Under the pieces are notes generated by a model. That model made no database searches and was not told where the DNA came from. It saw only the letters and a program-made list of their open reading frames with translations. A program made the position numbers and the translations under genes. Below, in pieces: positions 1 through 8,519 of a DNA stretch of 33,993 bases. The stretch is taken from contig JBBTQG010000003.1 in NCBI GenBank assembly GCA_038065795.1, positions 1-33,993 on the forward strand, given 5' to 3'. The DNA comes from Patescibacteria group bacterium (GTDB lineage: Bacteria; Patescibacteriota; Minisyncoccia; UBA6257; HR35). Each line of letters begins with the position of its first letter. Within the stretch, counting starts at the first letter, position 1.

Positions 1-542
1 ATCATAAAAATCCAACCAAAACCGAAACCCCACCCCATTGAATTGTTGCCAAAATTCCACATCATAGGATTGTTATTAGTTTGATTAAGTTTTGAGGAAG
101 ACGACCACCCTCCCCACATCATATTCATCATTGGAAAAAAGCCTGCATTCCCCGTTGGCAATGCGGCGGAAGTATCGCAACTGCTCAGCCGTTTGCCCAT
201 TGCCGTGTGAGTTTGTTCTTCACCTTTTTCACCTATCATTCTTTTCATCATCTCATTCATCGCAATGTGCCTTAAAATATCTCCGATGGATTGACCCATA
301 AAATATTCGCCAATTTTTTCAAAATCTGAATCATTGAGTTGCGAGCAACTAACCATTTTATTGTTCAAGTCATCTAAAAATTTTTTACCTTCTTGTTCTT
401 CTTGTTGCTGGCTTTGTATCGCCACATTATCGGGAGATGAATTCGGAAAACTCATCATTCCTTGCGCAAAAACATTTCCGCTAAAAAATTGCGAAATTAC
501 AACTATGCTGATTATGTAAAAAATAGTTTTTTTCATACTCAT
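1..542 (-). CDS. Met-rich exported/membrane protein, partial (runs off the window edge; not in the ORF track)
   Basis: Read by hand on the minus strand from ATG at 542 (alternative start 536): MSMKKTIFYIISIVVISQFFSGNVFAQGMMSFP...HIAMNEMMKRMIGEKGEEQTHTAMGKRLSSC...MMNMMWGGW...GFGFGWIFM. There is no stop before position 1. It has a signal peptide-like N-terminus and lies 4 nt downstream of the DsrE gene. Confidence 0.75.
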   Translation of the reverse strand, partial: MSMKKTIFYIISIVVISQFFSGNVFAQGMMSFPNSSPDNVAIQSQQQEEQEGKKFLDDLNNKMVSCSQLNDSDFEKIGEYFMGQSIGDILRHIAMNEMMKRMIGEKGEEQTHTAMGKRLSSCDTSAALPTGNAGFFPMMNMMWGGWSSSSKLNQTNNNPMMWNFGNNSMGWGFGFGWIFM

Positions 543-546
543 ATTT

Positions 547-873
547 TTAGCCAAAAACCAAAACTTTGTCTGAACTTTCAACCATTTTTAATAAATCGGA
601 GATCGTGGAAATATGGCAAACTTTGCTTTCTTCTTTGCCTCTTAATTTAATACAGGTGCCACAAACATAAATTTCACCACTTAATTTTTTGAATTCTGCC
701 ACCCTCGCGGAAATATCAAAATCTTTCGTGTCGGAAATAGTATCAAGCTCCGACCCCTCATTCATTAAAAAGATTTCCACTTGATGACCAGCTTTGAGCG
801 CAGTAATTCCGAGACGAAATGTATTCCACGCGTGCTCTGGTTTATTTGATTGTAAAATTATGCCTAATTTCAT
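547..873 (-). CDS. DsrE/DsrF-like family protein
   Basis: 108 aa with KLGIIL...GHQVEIFLMNEG and a CGTC motif; ends SDKVLVFG. Confidence 0.85.
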   Translation of the reverse strand: MKLGIILQSNKPEHAWNTFRLGITALKAGHQVEIFLMNEGSELDTISDTKDFDISARVAEFKKLSGEIYVCGTCIKLRGKEESKVCHISTISDLLKMVESSDKVLVFG

Positions 874-1346
874 TTTCTAATTTTAATTTTTTCACATTGC
901 GAAGCAAGATTAATTAGTTCATCCTTGGTAAGAGCATCTTGGGCACAGGGATATAAAATATTGTCCTCTTTATAAATGTGGTCTCTTAAAAGAGAAATCA
1001 TATCCCGAGTATTTTCTTTGAGTTTATCCTCGTTGTTTTCTTTTAGAGCCTCTCTCATTTTGATTAAATAATCTCTTTTGGCCATATGCTCCATAATCAT
1101 CATGCCGATAGGACCACCCTCGTTTGGTATACCTTTCCTCTCTAATGCTGGAAACAAAACTTGTTCTTCTTTTTGATGATGAGGCTCAGCGAATGTTTCT
1201 GTGAAATGCAGAAATTCTTCTACTTCTGCATGGTTAATTGTTGGCTGATTAATCGCCTTCTCCAAATCGTTAAGATGCTTTAAGATGGTCTGATGATCAG
1301 ATTTTAACTCCCCTATACAATTGTGATGATGACAATGTTGAGACAT
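870..1346 (-). CDS. Hemerythrin HHE-domain protein
   Basis: Repeated H...HHQKEE and EH...HIYKED motifs; GGPIGMM; His/Cys-rich N-terminus. Confidence 0.9.
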   Translation of the reverse strand: MSQHCHHHNCIGELKSDHQTILKHLNDLEKAINQPTINHAEVEEFLHFTETFAEPHHQKEEQVLFPALERKGIPNEGGPIGMMIMEHMAKRDYLIKMREALKENNEDKLKENTRDMISLLRDHIYKEDNILYPCAQDALTKDELINLASQCEKIKIRK

Positions 1347-1354
1347 AGAATTTC

Positions 1355-1561
1355 TTATTTTAATAAATCTTCAATCGAAACGCCCAACGTTCTGGCGATT
1401 TTTGCCATTGTTTGCACGCTCGGCTTAGGAACGACACCGCTTTCGATTTTGGTAAGCGTTGTGTATTTAATATCCGCTTTCTTAGCTAAATCGTCTTGTG
1501 TTAGGCCAAGTTTGGCATGGATTTTCTTGATATTTTCGCTGATTGTTTTTCCACTTGTCAT
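1355..1561 (-). CDS. XRE/Cro-family HTH transcriptional regulator
   Basis: GLTQDDLAKKADIKYTTLTKIESG...PSVQTMAKIA is an HTH_3 pattern. Confidence 0.9.
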   Translation of the reverse strand: MTSGKTISENIKKIHAKLGLTQDDLAKKADIKYTTLTKIESGVVPKPSVQTMAKIARTLGVSIEDLLK

Positions 1562-1768
1562 ATAAATAAAGTTTTGGTAGTATTGTAGTAAATGAGGTCA
1601 TTACCCTTATTATTATACTACCAAATGAAATGAATTTAATCAATAAAAAGAAAAGCCCGCTTCTGGCCAGCCCCGCAGCGGCTGGGCAAAGACAAAAAAT
1701 TCAATTTCGCGTTCAAAATCGGCTGGCGAGCCCTCGCAGAGGGTGAGCCAACAAAGACATTTCCCAAC

Positions 1769-1791
1769 TGGCGGAGGAGGTGGGATTCGAA
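1769..1791 (-). repeat. Duplicated 3' end of tRNA-Ser(GCT) (att-like), with CCA
   Basis: 1771-1791 GCGGAGGAGGTGGGATTCGAA is identical to 1951-1971. The minus strand reads TTCGAATCCCACCTCCTCCG-CCA. Confidence 0.85.
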
Positions 1792-1917
1792 GGGGCAGAA
1801 GCCCCATTCATTTTTATTAAGCAATCGTTAATTATTTTTTTGAACATTACCTAGTTTGTTTTTGAAAATTTCTATTTATACAGATAGCATCAAAGTGGCT
1901 TCTCACCCATCATCGCC

Positions 1918-1954
1918 CCGCAATTATAACTATCAGTGATAGTTATAATTGCGG
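1918..1954. repeat. Perfect 18-bp inverted repeat overlapping the tRNA-Ser 3' end
   Basis: CCGCAATTATAACTATCA-G-TGATAGTTATAATTGCGG. Confidence 0.9.
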
Positions 1955-2036
1955 AGGAGGTGGGATTCGAACCCACGAGCCCCTTGCGGGGCAGAGGTTA
2001 GCAACCTCTTGCACTAGGCCTCTATGCGACTCCTCC
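1952..2036 (-). tRNA. tRNA-Ser(GCT)
   Basis: Acceptor GGAGGAG/CTCCTCC, anticodon arm AGAGG-TTGCTAA-CCTCT, long variable arm, T-loop TTCGAAT, discriminator G. Confidence 0.95.
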
Positions 2037-2056
2037 ATATTTTCTAACAGAATTTT

Positions 2057-2139
2057 TCCAAGGGGCAGGATTCGAACCTGCGTAGGGCAAGCCCGCGAGG
2101 TTTACAGCCTCGTGCAATTGACCGCTATGCGACCCTTGG
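2057..2139 (-). tRNA. tRNA-Tyr(GTA) with a C1:G72 pair
   Basis: Acceptor CCAAGGG/CCCTTGG + A, anticodon arm CGAGG-CTGTAAA-CCTCG, long variable arm, GCAGG-TTCGAAT-CCTGC. Confidence 0.93.
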
Positions 2140-2149
2140 GATAATAAAA

Positions 2150-2785
2150 TTATAAAGCCAAATTTTGGAATTTTAGAAATGATTCCCTTGGGTTCCCCGC
2201 GCTATAAATTGCAGAACCGAGAATTATAAAATCAGGGTTAAGAGAAATTATTTTAGAAATATTTTCTTTGTTTATTCCTCCATCAATTGTCATTTTTTGA
2301 TTTTTTTGTAATTCATTTTTTGTTTCTTGTATTTTTTCAAAAGTATTTTCTATAAATTTTTGTCCAGATTTTCCCGGCTCAACTCCTAAAATTAAAACAC
2401 CATCAATATATGGCAAGTATTTTTTTATAAATTCAAATTCAACAGAATGGGATAATGCTATATAAATTTTTCTTCTGATTTTTTTAGCGATTTTTATTAG
2501 ACCATCGGGATTATCAGTTCCTTCTAAATGTAAAATTATTTTTTTTACTCGTTTATTATTCCATTTCAAAATTTCTTGTGGCTTAAGATTTAGCATTAAA
2601 TGCAACCCAATTTCAATGTCCTCGTCAATTTTTTCAAGGTCAATTGGATTACTCCATGTTTGATAATTACAAAAATTTTCGCTCGCAACATCAATGTGAA
2701 ATTCTTTTGTTAAATCTTTGAGTAAATCTATTTTATTTTTAACTTCTTCAAATGTTTGAGAATTAATTGCTGGAATTATTTTCAT
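2150..2785 (-). CDS. rpe: Ribulose-phosphate 3-epimerase family protein
   Basis: IIPAI, HID, HLM, GVEPGKSGQKF, IDGGIN and GSAIY motifs. Confidence 0.88.
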   Translation of the reverse strand: MKIIPAINSQTFEEVKNKIDLLKDLTKEFHIDVASENFCNYQTWSNPIDLEKIDEDIEIGLHLMLNLKPQEILKWNNKRVKKIILHLEGTDNPDGLIKIAKKIRRKIYIALSHSVEFEFIKKYLPYIDGVLILGVEPGKSGQKFIENTFEKIQETKNELQKNQKMTIDGGINKENISKIISLNPDFIILGSAIYSAGNPRESFLKFQNLAL

Positions 2786-3215
2786 ATTCAGTTATTTTGT
2801 TCAGTCTTCGTAAATGTTTTTCATTAGCGATAAACTCTGTGTTTAAAAATATATCTACAAGCTCCCATGCTAAATTTTCATCAATAAAATCCGCAGGCAA
2901 GCACAAAATATTTATGTCGTCATCTTCGCGAGCTTTTTTTGTAATTCCTAAAGAATCAATTAGCGCCGCTCTAATACCGTTAACTTTATTGGAGGCAATG
3001 CAAACTCCTGCTCCTGTTCCGCAAAGCAAAACGCCTTTATTTTGAATGTTTGCTGAAACATTTTGAGCCACATCAAGAGCAAAATTCGTATAATCGTCTT
3101 CTGGTTCAAATTCATTTGCCCCCAAATCTTCAAATTCATAATTATGCAATTCTAATTTCTCTTTAATTTTTTCTTTTAATTCAAACCCTCTGTGGTCAGC
3201 TCCAATGTAAATCAT
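2763..3215 (-). CDS. rpiB: Ribose-5-phosphate isomerase B
   Basis: IYIGADHRGFELK, LLCGTGAGVCIASNKVNGIRA, HLRRL. Confidence 0.92.
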   Translation of the reverse strand: MIYIGADHRGFELKEKIKEKLELHNYEFEDLGANEFEPEDDYTNFALDVAQNVSANIQNKGVLLCGTGAGVCIASNKVNGIRAALIDSLGITKKAREDDDINILCLPADFIDENLAWELVDIFLNTEFIANEKHLRRLNKITEYENNSSN

Positions 3216-3225
3216 TATTATAATT

Positions 3226-4266
3226 TTACAACTTTTTTATTTTTCTGCGGATTTTTTCAATAGCAAAATTGAACCAGTATTTTTTGGAAAAGGCGTAATC
3301 CATTGCTGGAATAAATTTGAGTAATTCGCCACCAAATCCTTTTTTAAATTGTGTCAATCCCCACCATGGATGTTTTTTGTTTACTGATAACGTTATGCCC
3401 CAGAAATTATAATATTTACACCCAGCATTTTTTGCGTCTAATATTATTTGCCACTGAAGTTTGTGATTAATTGGTTCTTTTATTGGCAAGCTACCGCTAT
3501 GATGATAAAAAGCGATATTATGAGAATAAACAATCAAGGCGCAAGAAACAATTTTTCCTTCAACTTTTCCAAAATACAATAACGCCTTTTTTTCGTTTCC
3601 AAAAATTTCAAATTCTTTTTTTATGAGATTATATGAATATGGAGCGAATTCTTTTCGTTTTGCCAAGTCTTCATAAATTTTCCAAAACTCGTCAATTTTA
3701 GAAAGAGCTGTTGAACATTCAATTTCTAAATAAGGTTTTTTCATTGCATCATTAACCAATTTTTTATTTGTAGAAGTCATTTCATTTAATAACTCTTCCT
3801 CGCTTTTTTGTAAATTTTTTACCCACATATTTTCAGAAACAGAATATATCGGGGCAGGGCGGAACTCAATTTTTTTCAGCGCCGCAATATCATCGTCATT
3901 AAACAGCGTTGATGAATTTAATCGTATAAAAGCGTATCGTTTATGATAATCTTCTAATTTTAAAAATTTTATAATCTCAATAATTATGGAAGCGAATTGA
4001 TTTTCAATAATAATTTGTGTGCTTAATACTGGTCCGTGAGGAATAAGTAAAAAATTTCCACGCTTCGCCTTATATCCAATAATTTGACATACCCCCATTA
4101 AGTCAGCGTTAGTCTGCGAATTATAAATTTCCAATCGTAAAATTTCATGCCCTAAGCTTTTTTCAATTTCACCCCATTCAAAATCTTGTAAAAAACTTTG
4201 TGGCTGAACTTCATTTAAAAAATTATCCCAATTTTCCTTGTTGGCTGTTTTTTTTATTTTATACAT
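3226..4266 (-). CDS. FemAB/FemX-family tRNA-dependent peptidoglycan aminoacyl ligase
   Basis: SFLQDFEWG, IPHGP, YNFWGI...GLTQFKKGFGG. Confidence 0.88.
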   Translation of the reverse strand: MYKIKKTANKENWDNFLNEVQPQSFLQDFEWGEIEKSLGHEILRLEIYNSQTNADLMGVCQIIGYKAKRGNFLLIPHGPVLSTQIIIENQFASIIIEIIKFLKLEDYHKRYAFIRLNSSTLFNDDDIAALKKIEFRPAPIYSVSENMWVKNLQKSEEELLNEMTSTNKKLVNDAMKKPYLEIECSTALSKIDEFWKIYEDLAKRKEFAPYSYNLIKKEFEIFGNEKKALLYFGKVEGKIVSCALIVYSHNIAFYHHSGSLPIKEPINHKLQWQIILDAKNAGCKYYNFWGITLSVNKKHPWWGLTQFKKGFGGELLKFIPAMDYAFSKKYWFNFAIEKIRRKIKKL

Positions 4267-4343
4267 TTTTAATTTTTTATATTTTTTTTAATTTATTATT
4301 CCAATGTTTTTGAGAATTTAAGAATAGTTTTTTATACTTTTAT

Positions 4344-5675
4344 TTAATTGCTCTTTAAAATTTTAGCGATTAAACGCGCGTCTTCTTCTGTTGTGTTAAT
4401 ATTTGTTGGTAAATTATATGAGCTTAAAGCTAATTTTTCAGCATTAGGGCATTTTCCATAATAATATCCAAATCTATCCAATCTTTTTTGAACTGGCGCT
4501 AAAACAGATTTATACCAATGCCCGATGTAAATGTGTTCTTTTTTAAATTTTTCAATAATTTTTTGCGGTTTTAATGAAAACATTTGGTATCTTAAATAAA
4601 TTGGTTCGCTTTCTGGGGAGACATTTCCAAAATGAAACACTCCTTCTTTTTTATAAATATTAGCAAGGTGTTTTCTGTGCTCATTAAATTTTTCAAGTTT
4701 ATTCAATTGATTTTCTAAAATTTCAAAAAAAACATCAGGCATTTTTGAAATATATTGTTTTGTTATTAGCCCCCTTTTTTCTATTGGTTCAATTTCCAGA
4801 GACGAAAGTTTTAAGTGTTTTAATAAAAACATTAAAGATTTGCCGATGGAGGTGTAATATTTTTTAGCTTGCCATGAAATAATCCCGTGAATTAATTGTT
4901 TTCTTGTCCAAGATTTTGAAGGCTCTGGAAGTGTTTCATAAAATTTTTTAAATTGCTCGGAAAGTCTTTTGTTATTTATTACAAGCGCCCCGCCAATTAA
5001 ACTGCTTATTACTTTATTTCTGCCAAAACTTAATAAAGCAACATCGCCAAAGTTTCCTAAATATTTGCCGTCATATTTTGCTCCAAAAGAATGGGCTAAA
5101 TTTTCAATAACAAAAAGATTATTTTCTTTTGCGGTTTGTAGAATATTTTTATAGTCAGCAGGAAATCCGAAAGTATTTTGAATAATTAAAACGCCTGTGT
5201 CTTTGTCAATATTTTTTTTCAAATCTTCATTTGATATATTCGCGCTGTTTTCTTCAATATCAACAAAAACAGGAATACCTCCCGCGAATTTTATTGAATT
5301 GGCAACAACAAGACAAGAGTACCCTTGCGTTAAAACTTTTTTTCTAAAATTTTGTGCCAGATAAAACTTTAGAAACGCAGATAACGCGCCTCGCGCAGAA
5401 GAGAAAAAATAAAAATCTCCATTTGAAAAATAGCGTTTAAGTATTTTTTCAACATTTTCGCGTGAGCCTGTATTTGATTTATTTGAATTTGAAAATACAA
5501 ATTTTTTAACAATTTGAATATCATCTTTCTCAAAATTCGGCAAAAAATCAATGTGAACCCCGTTAAAAAATTTGGAATTACAGCTTAGTTCTTTCCGAAT
5601 TACTTTGTTCATTTTCTTAAATTTTACACCCTCAGGCGAATAATCTTTTTTAACGGGGTGAATTAAGTTTTTCAT
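4344..5675 (-). CDS. DegT/DnrJ/EryC1/StrS PLP-dependent aminotransferase family protein, with a 35-aa N-terminal insertion
   Basis: FSSARGAL, QNTFG, IENLAHSFGA, SFGRNKVIS (PLP lysine), CPNAE...NLPT. Confidence 0.88.
   Translation of the reverse strand: MKNLIHPVKKDYSPEGVKFKKMNKVIRKELSCNSKFFNGVHIDFLPNFEKDDIQIVKKFVFSNSNKSNTGSRENVEKILKRYFSNGDFYFFSSARGALSAFLKFYLAQNFRKKVLTQGYSCLVVANSIKFAGGIPVFVDIEENSANISNEDLKKNIDKDTGVLIIQNTFGFPADYKNILQTAKENNLFVIENLAHSFGAKYDGKYLGNFGDVALLSFGRNKVISSLIGGALVINNKRLSEQFKKFYETLPEPSKSWTRKQLIHGIISWQAKKYYTSIGKSLMFLLKHLKLSSLEIEPIEKRGLITKQYISKMPDVFFEILENQLNKLEKFNEHRKHLANIYKKEGVFHFGNVSPESEPIYLRYQMFSLKPQKIIEKFKKEHIYIGHWYKSVLAPVQKRLDRFGYYYGKCPNAEKLALSSYNLPTNINTTEEDARLIAKILKSN
5553..5662. 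mobile_element. MITE-like CCCCGTTA-family element, in frame in the aminotransferase gene
   Basis: 14-bp inverted repeat ACCCCGTTAAAAAA (5557-5570) / TTTTTTAACGGGGT (5646-5659). GTGAA direct repeats at 5553-5557 and 5658-5662 are 105 nt apart. Confidence 0.8.
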
Positions 5676-7213
5676 TTTATTATCTCAAAAATCCAATTTG
5701 GAACGCGACCTAAAATCAAAATCCCGCAATTTTCTTTTTGTAATTCGTTGTAAAAATTTTTAAATTTTTCTTCATCTATAATTTCCGTGTTGTTGAGATT
5801 TTCAGTGAAAATATCAGAAAAATCTTTGAAAGTTAAAAATACTTTATCGGTTTTTTTAAAAGTTTCAATTATATTTTTATAATAACTTTGCGTTTCAGCG
5901 CCCAATTCTAAAATCCCGGCAAAAATAATTATCTTCGTTTGCAATTCTAAATTTACAAAATATTCTGCGCCTTTTTGAACTCCTACAATATTTGCGTTAT
6001 ATGAGTCATCTATTATCAGCGGGTTTTCTTTTTTGGATATAGTATATGAATGTTGTAATAATTTTAATTCTTTAATTTTGTCTGTTAATTCATCGGGCTT
6101 GATTCCATTTAAATAACAACCAGCCATTACTCCAATTAAATTATCAATTTGTTGAGGAGTGATTAAATTAGTTTCAAATTCTGTTTCGCCTTCTGGATAA
6201 ACAAAAGTAAATTTTGTTCCATTTAAAGAATAATTTTCGTTTTTACTATAAAAATGACCATCTCTCCCATACAGATATTTGTTTGTGATATTTAATCCGC
6301 TAAAAATATCTTTTACTAATTCATCATCGCCGTTTAATATCGCAATTCGCGTTTGTTGTTCTCGCGCAAAAATTTCTAATTTGGTTTTAATAATTTTCTC
6401 CATTGAACCAAATGTTGCAATGTGTTGCGGAGCTAATCCTGTCAAATAAACAATGTCTGGTTCAAAAATATTCACAACTGTTTCAATATCTCCAACAATT
6501 CTCGCTCCCATTTCTAAAATTAAATAATCAATATTTTTTAAATCAGCGTCAATAACAAACTGCGTTAAGCCTATTTCAGCGTTTAAGCGCAGTGGCGATT
6601 TTAAAACTTTATATCTTACAGATAAAAGTTGAGCTAATAATTCTTTGGTTGTTGATTTTCCGTAGCTTCCTGTAATTCCAATTACTTTTCCGCCATTTTT
6701 TTTGAATTCAATAATTTTAGCGGTTGCTTTTTTGTGTAAAGGTTTTATAAAGATTTTTGTCAAGAAATTTGCGATAAAAGTTGAAATTAAAACAATAGGG
6801 AATTGTCCAATTTTTGCTAAAAGAAAAACGACAATCAAAAGATTTGTATTTGAATATTGAAGTATTCTAAAAATTAAAATTAAAAGCAAGGCGTTTATAA
6901 ATAAAAATTTTGGAGTCCATTTAAAACTTTTTAAAAATTCTTTGCGTTTGCTAAATAAAGCAATAACTAAAATTAAAGATAATAAACCCCAGATTGAGTG
7001 TATTGGAAAATTGGCTCCTGTTATCGCTATGGCTAAAAGAGCGAACCAAATCAAACCAATAACAATCTCGCGTTTTTCAAAAAATATTTTCCAACTTGAA
7101 GGTAAATCAAAATGCGCCCAAATTGACGGGGAAAAGTAGTCTTTAATCTGAATAATTTTCAGTAAAGGCAAACTCGTCCAAAGATAAATTATCAATGAAA
7201 TCAAAAGTGTCAT
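5672..7213 (-). CDS. murF: Mur ligase, MurF-like, with an N-terminal membrane domain
   Basis: GITGSYGKSTTKE P-loop, LEMGA, IIDDSYNAN, GILELG. Confidence 0.8.
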   Translation of the reverse strand: MTLLISLIIYLWTSLPLLKIIQIKDYFSPSIWAHFDLPSSWKIFFEKREIVIGLIWFALLAIAITGANFPIHSIWGLLSLILVIALFSKRKEFLKSFKWTPKFLFINALLLILIFRILQYSNTNLLIVVFLLAKIGQFPIVLISTFIANFLTKIFIKPLHKKATAKIIEFKKNGGKVIGITGSYGKSTTKELLAQLLSVRYKVLKSPLRLNAEIGLTQFVIDADLKNIDYLILEMGARIVGDIETVVNIFEPDIVYLTGLAPQHIATFGSMEKIIKTKLEIFAREQQTRIAILNGDDELVKDIFSGLNITNKYLYGRDGHFYSKNENYSLNGTKFTFVYPEGETEFETNLITPQQIDNLIGVMAGCYLNGIKPDELTDKIKELKLLQHSYTISKKENPLIIDDSYNANIVGVQKGAEYFVNLELQTKIIIFAGILELGAETQSYYKNIIETFKKTDKVFLTFKDFSDIFTENLNNTEIIDEEKFKNFYNELQKENCGILILGRVPNWIFEIIK

Positions 7214-7290
7214 AATATAATTTTAATTCAAAAATCAAAAGTATTTTAAATCCTAAAAATATGTTATAATTTAATATAGAAGTCTGTACG

Positions 7291-7509
7291 GTGCAACAAA
7301 AAAAGGAAGTGATTGACACGCAAGATGACATTTGTTTACAAGAAAGTCAATGGCGTCGTTGCTATGTGAAAGCATGCGTCAATAGAGCAACCAAAGTCGT
7401 TTCTGGCGATGGTAATAGGCGAGGCAGCATCTTGCTTTGCGGAGAGCATACCTTGAAAGATTATGAAAACTCGCGGGACTCCGTGGAGAGAATATGCACC
7501 GAAAGATAG
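7291..7509 (+). CDS. Small hypothetical protein with a possible Zn-binding motif
   Basis: CYVKAC...LCGEH; followed by a hairpin and T-run; start codon uncertain. Confidence 0.4.
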   Translation: MQQKKEVIDTQDDICLQESQWRRCYVKACVNRATKVVSGDGNRRGSILLCGEHTLKDYENSRDSVERICTER

Positions 7510-7544
7510 TCAGCGCCCGTTTTGTGTTGACTTGGTTGCGTAAG

Positions 7545-7581
7545 TTCATCGTGCGAGTTATTGTAGCGATGGACTTTTTTT
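7545..7581 (+). terminator. Putative intrinsic terminator
   Basis: AGTTCATCG...CGATGGACT stem followed by TTTTTTT. Confidence 0.45.
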
Positions 7582-7628
7582 ATTCCAATTTTTCATATGA
7601 GTATAACAAGTAGTTGAAAGATTGAGAA

Positions 7629-7737
7629 CCCCACACCAAACCCACTTGGCTAATTTATAAATTCTATACTTTTACTTTGCAAATAAAATGTACCGAATAA
7701 CTATAAATCTATATTTTTAAGCGTTTTGGTGCGTGGG
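7629..7737. repeat. ~110-bp element bounded by CCCACACCAAA/TTTGGTGCGTGGG; partial second copy at 18848-18910
   Basis: The reverse complement AATTTATAAATTAGCCAAGTGGGTTTGGTG matches AATTTATAAATTAGCCAAATGGGTTTGGTG near 18876-18905. Confidence 0.75.
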
Positions 7738-8487
7738 CGCCAAAAAGTTTTTTATGTATTCGGAGAAGGTTTTAGGGTCTTTTAGGTGAAAGCTGTGTCC
7801 TCCGGGATGAATTGTTATTTTTGCGTTCGGTAACAATTTTTTGATTTTTAATCCTTGATTTAGCGGAGTCATTGTATCGGTATTTCCCCACAAAACTAAT
7901 GTTTCAGTTTTTATTTTCGGTAAAATGTCCGTTAAGTCCTCTTCTAAAACATTTGACATTGTTTTCTGCATAATCGCAGAAAGTTTCGCATAATCGGAAT
8001 TTCTTACAAAAATTTTATAGAATATTTTTCTTAAAAATGGAAATCGCGCAAAAATAATTCTACCAATATTTTTAAATGATTCAAGATTGAAAAACAGGTT
8101 TTCGGAGTTTTTATTTTCGCGTATGCAAGCCGCGTTATACAGAACTAATTTTTTAACTTTTTCAGGATAAAGTTCCGCAAATTTAGCGGCAACTTGTCCG
8201 CCAAAAGAATGTCCTAAAATAGAAACAGTTGGATGCGGGAGGTGGGGAGTGAGATTGTCAATGTATTGATTTAAGTATTCTACGAAATCATTTAATTGCC
8301 AAGAATTCTCTGGTTGAGGATTTTGTCCAAACCCCGGAAATTCAATAATATGGACATCAAATTTTTTGCCGTTTTTCTTGCTAAATAGCAAGAAGGGTAA
8401 AATATTTTCATAATATTCAGCAATAGAATGTTCTTTGTCTCCGATATATTTTGTCACCCAGCCCGGAAGTATAATCAAAGTTTCCAT
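7717..8487 (-). CDS. Alpha/beta-fold hydrolase
   Basis: ILPGW, FPGFG, GHSFGG nucleophile elbow, WGNTD, GGHSFH. Confidence 0.92.
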   Translation of the reverse strand: METLIILPGWVTKYIGDKEHSIAEYYENILPFLLFSKKNGKKFDVHIIEFPGFGQNPQPENSWQLNDFVEYLNQYIDNLTPHLPHPTVSILGHSFGGQVAAKFAELYPEKVKKLVLYNAACIRENKNSENLFFNLESFKNIGRIIFARFPFLRKIFYKIFVRNSDYAKLSAIMQKTMSNVLEEDLTDILPKIKTETLVLWGNTDTMTPLNQGLKIKKLLPNAKITIHPGGHSFHLKDPKTFSEYIKNFLAPTHQNA

Positions 8488-8519
8488 AAAATTAATTATA
8501 ACCCGTTTAAAATCTACAT

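Noticed and set aside
92-650. Plus-strand ORFs 92-301, 334-519 and 462-650
   Set aside because: They are antisense shadows of the minus-strand gene at 1-542 and of DsrE.
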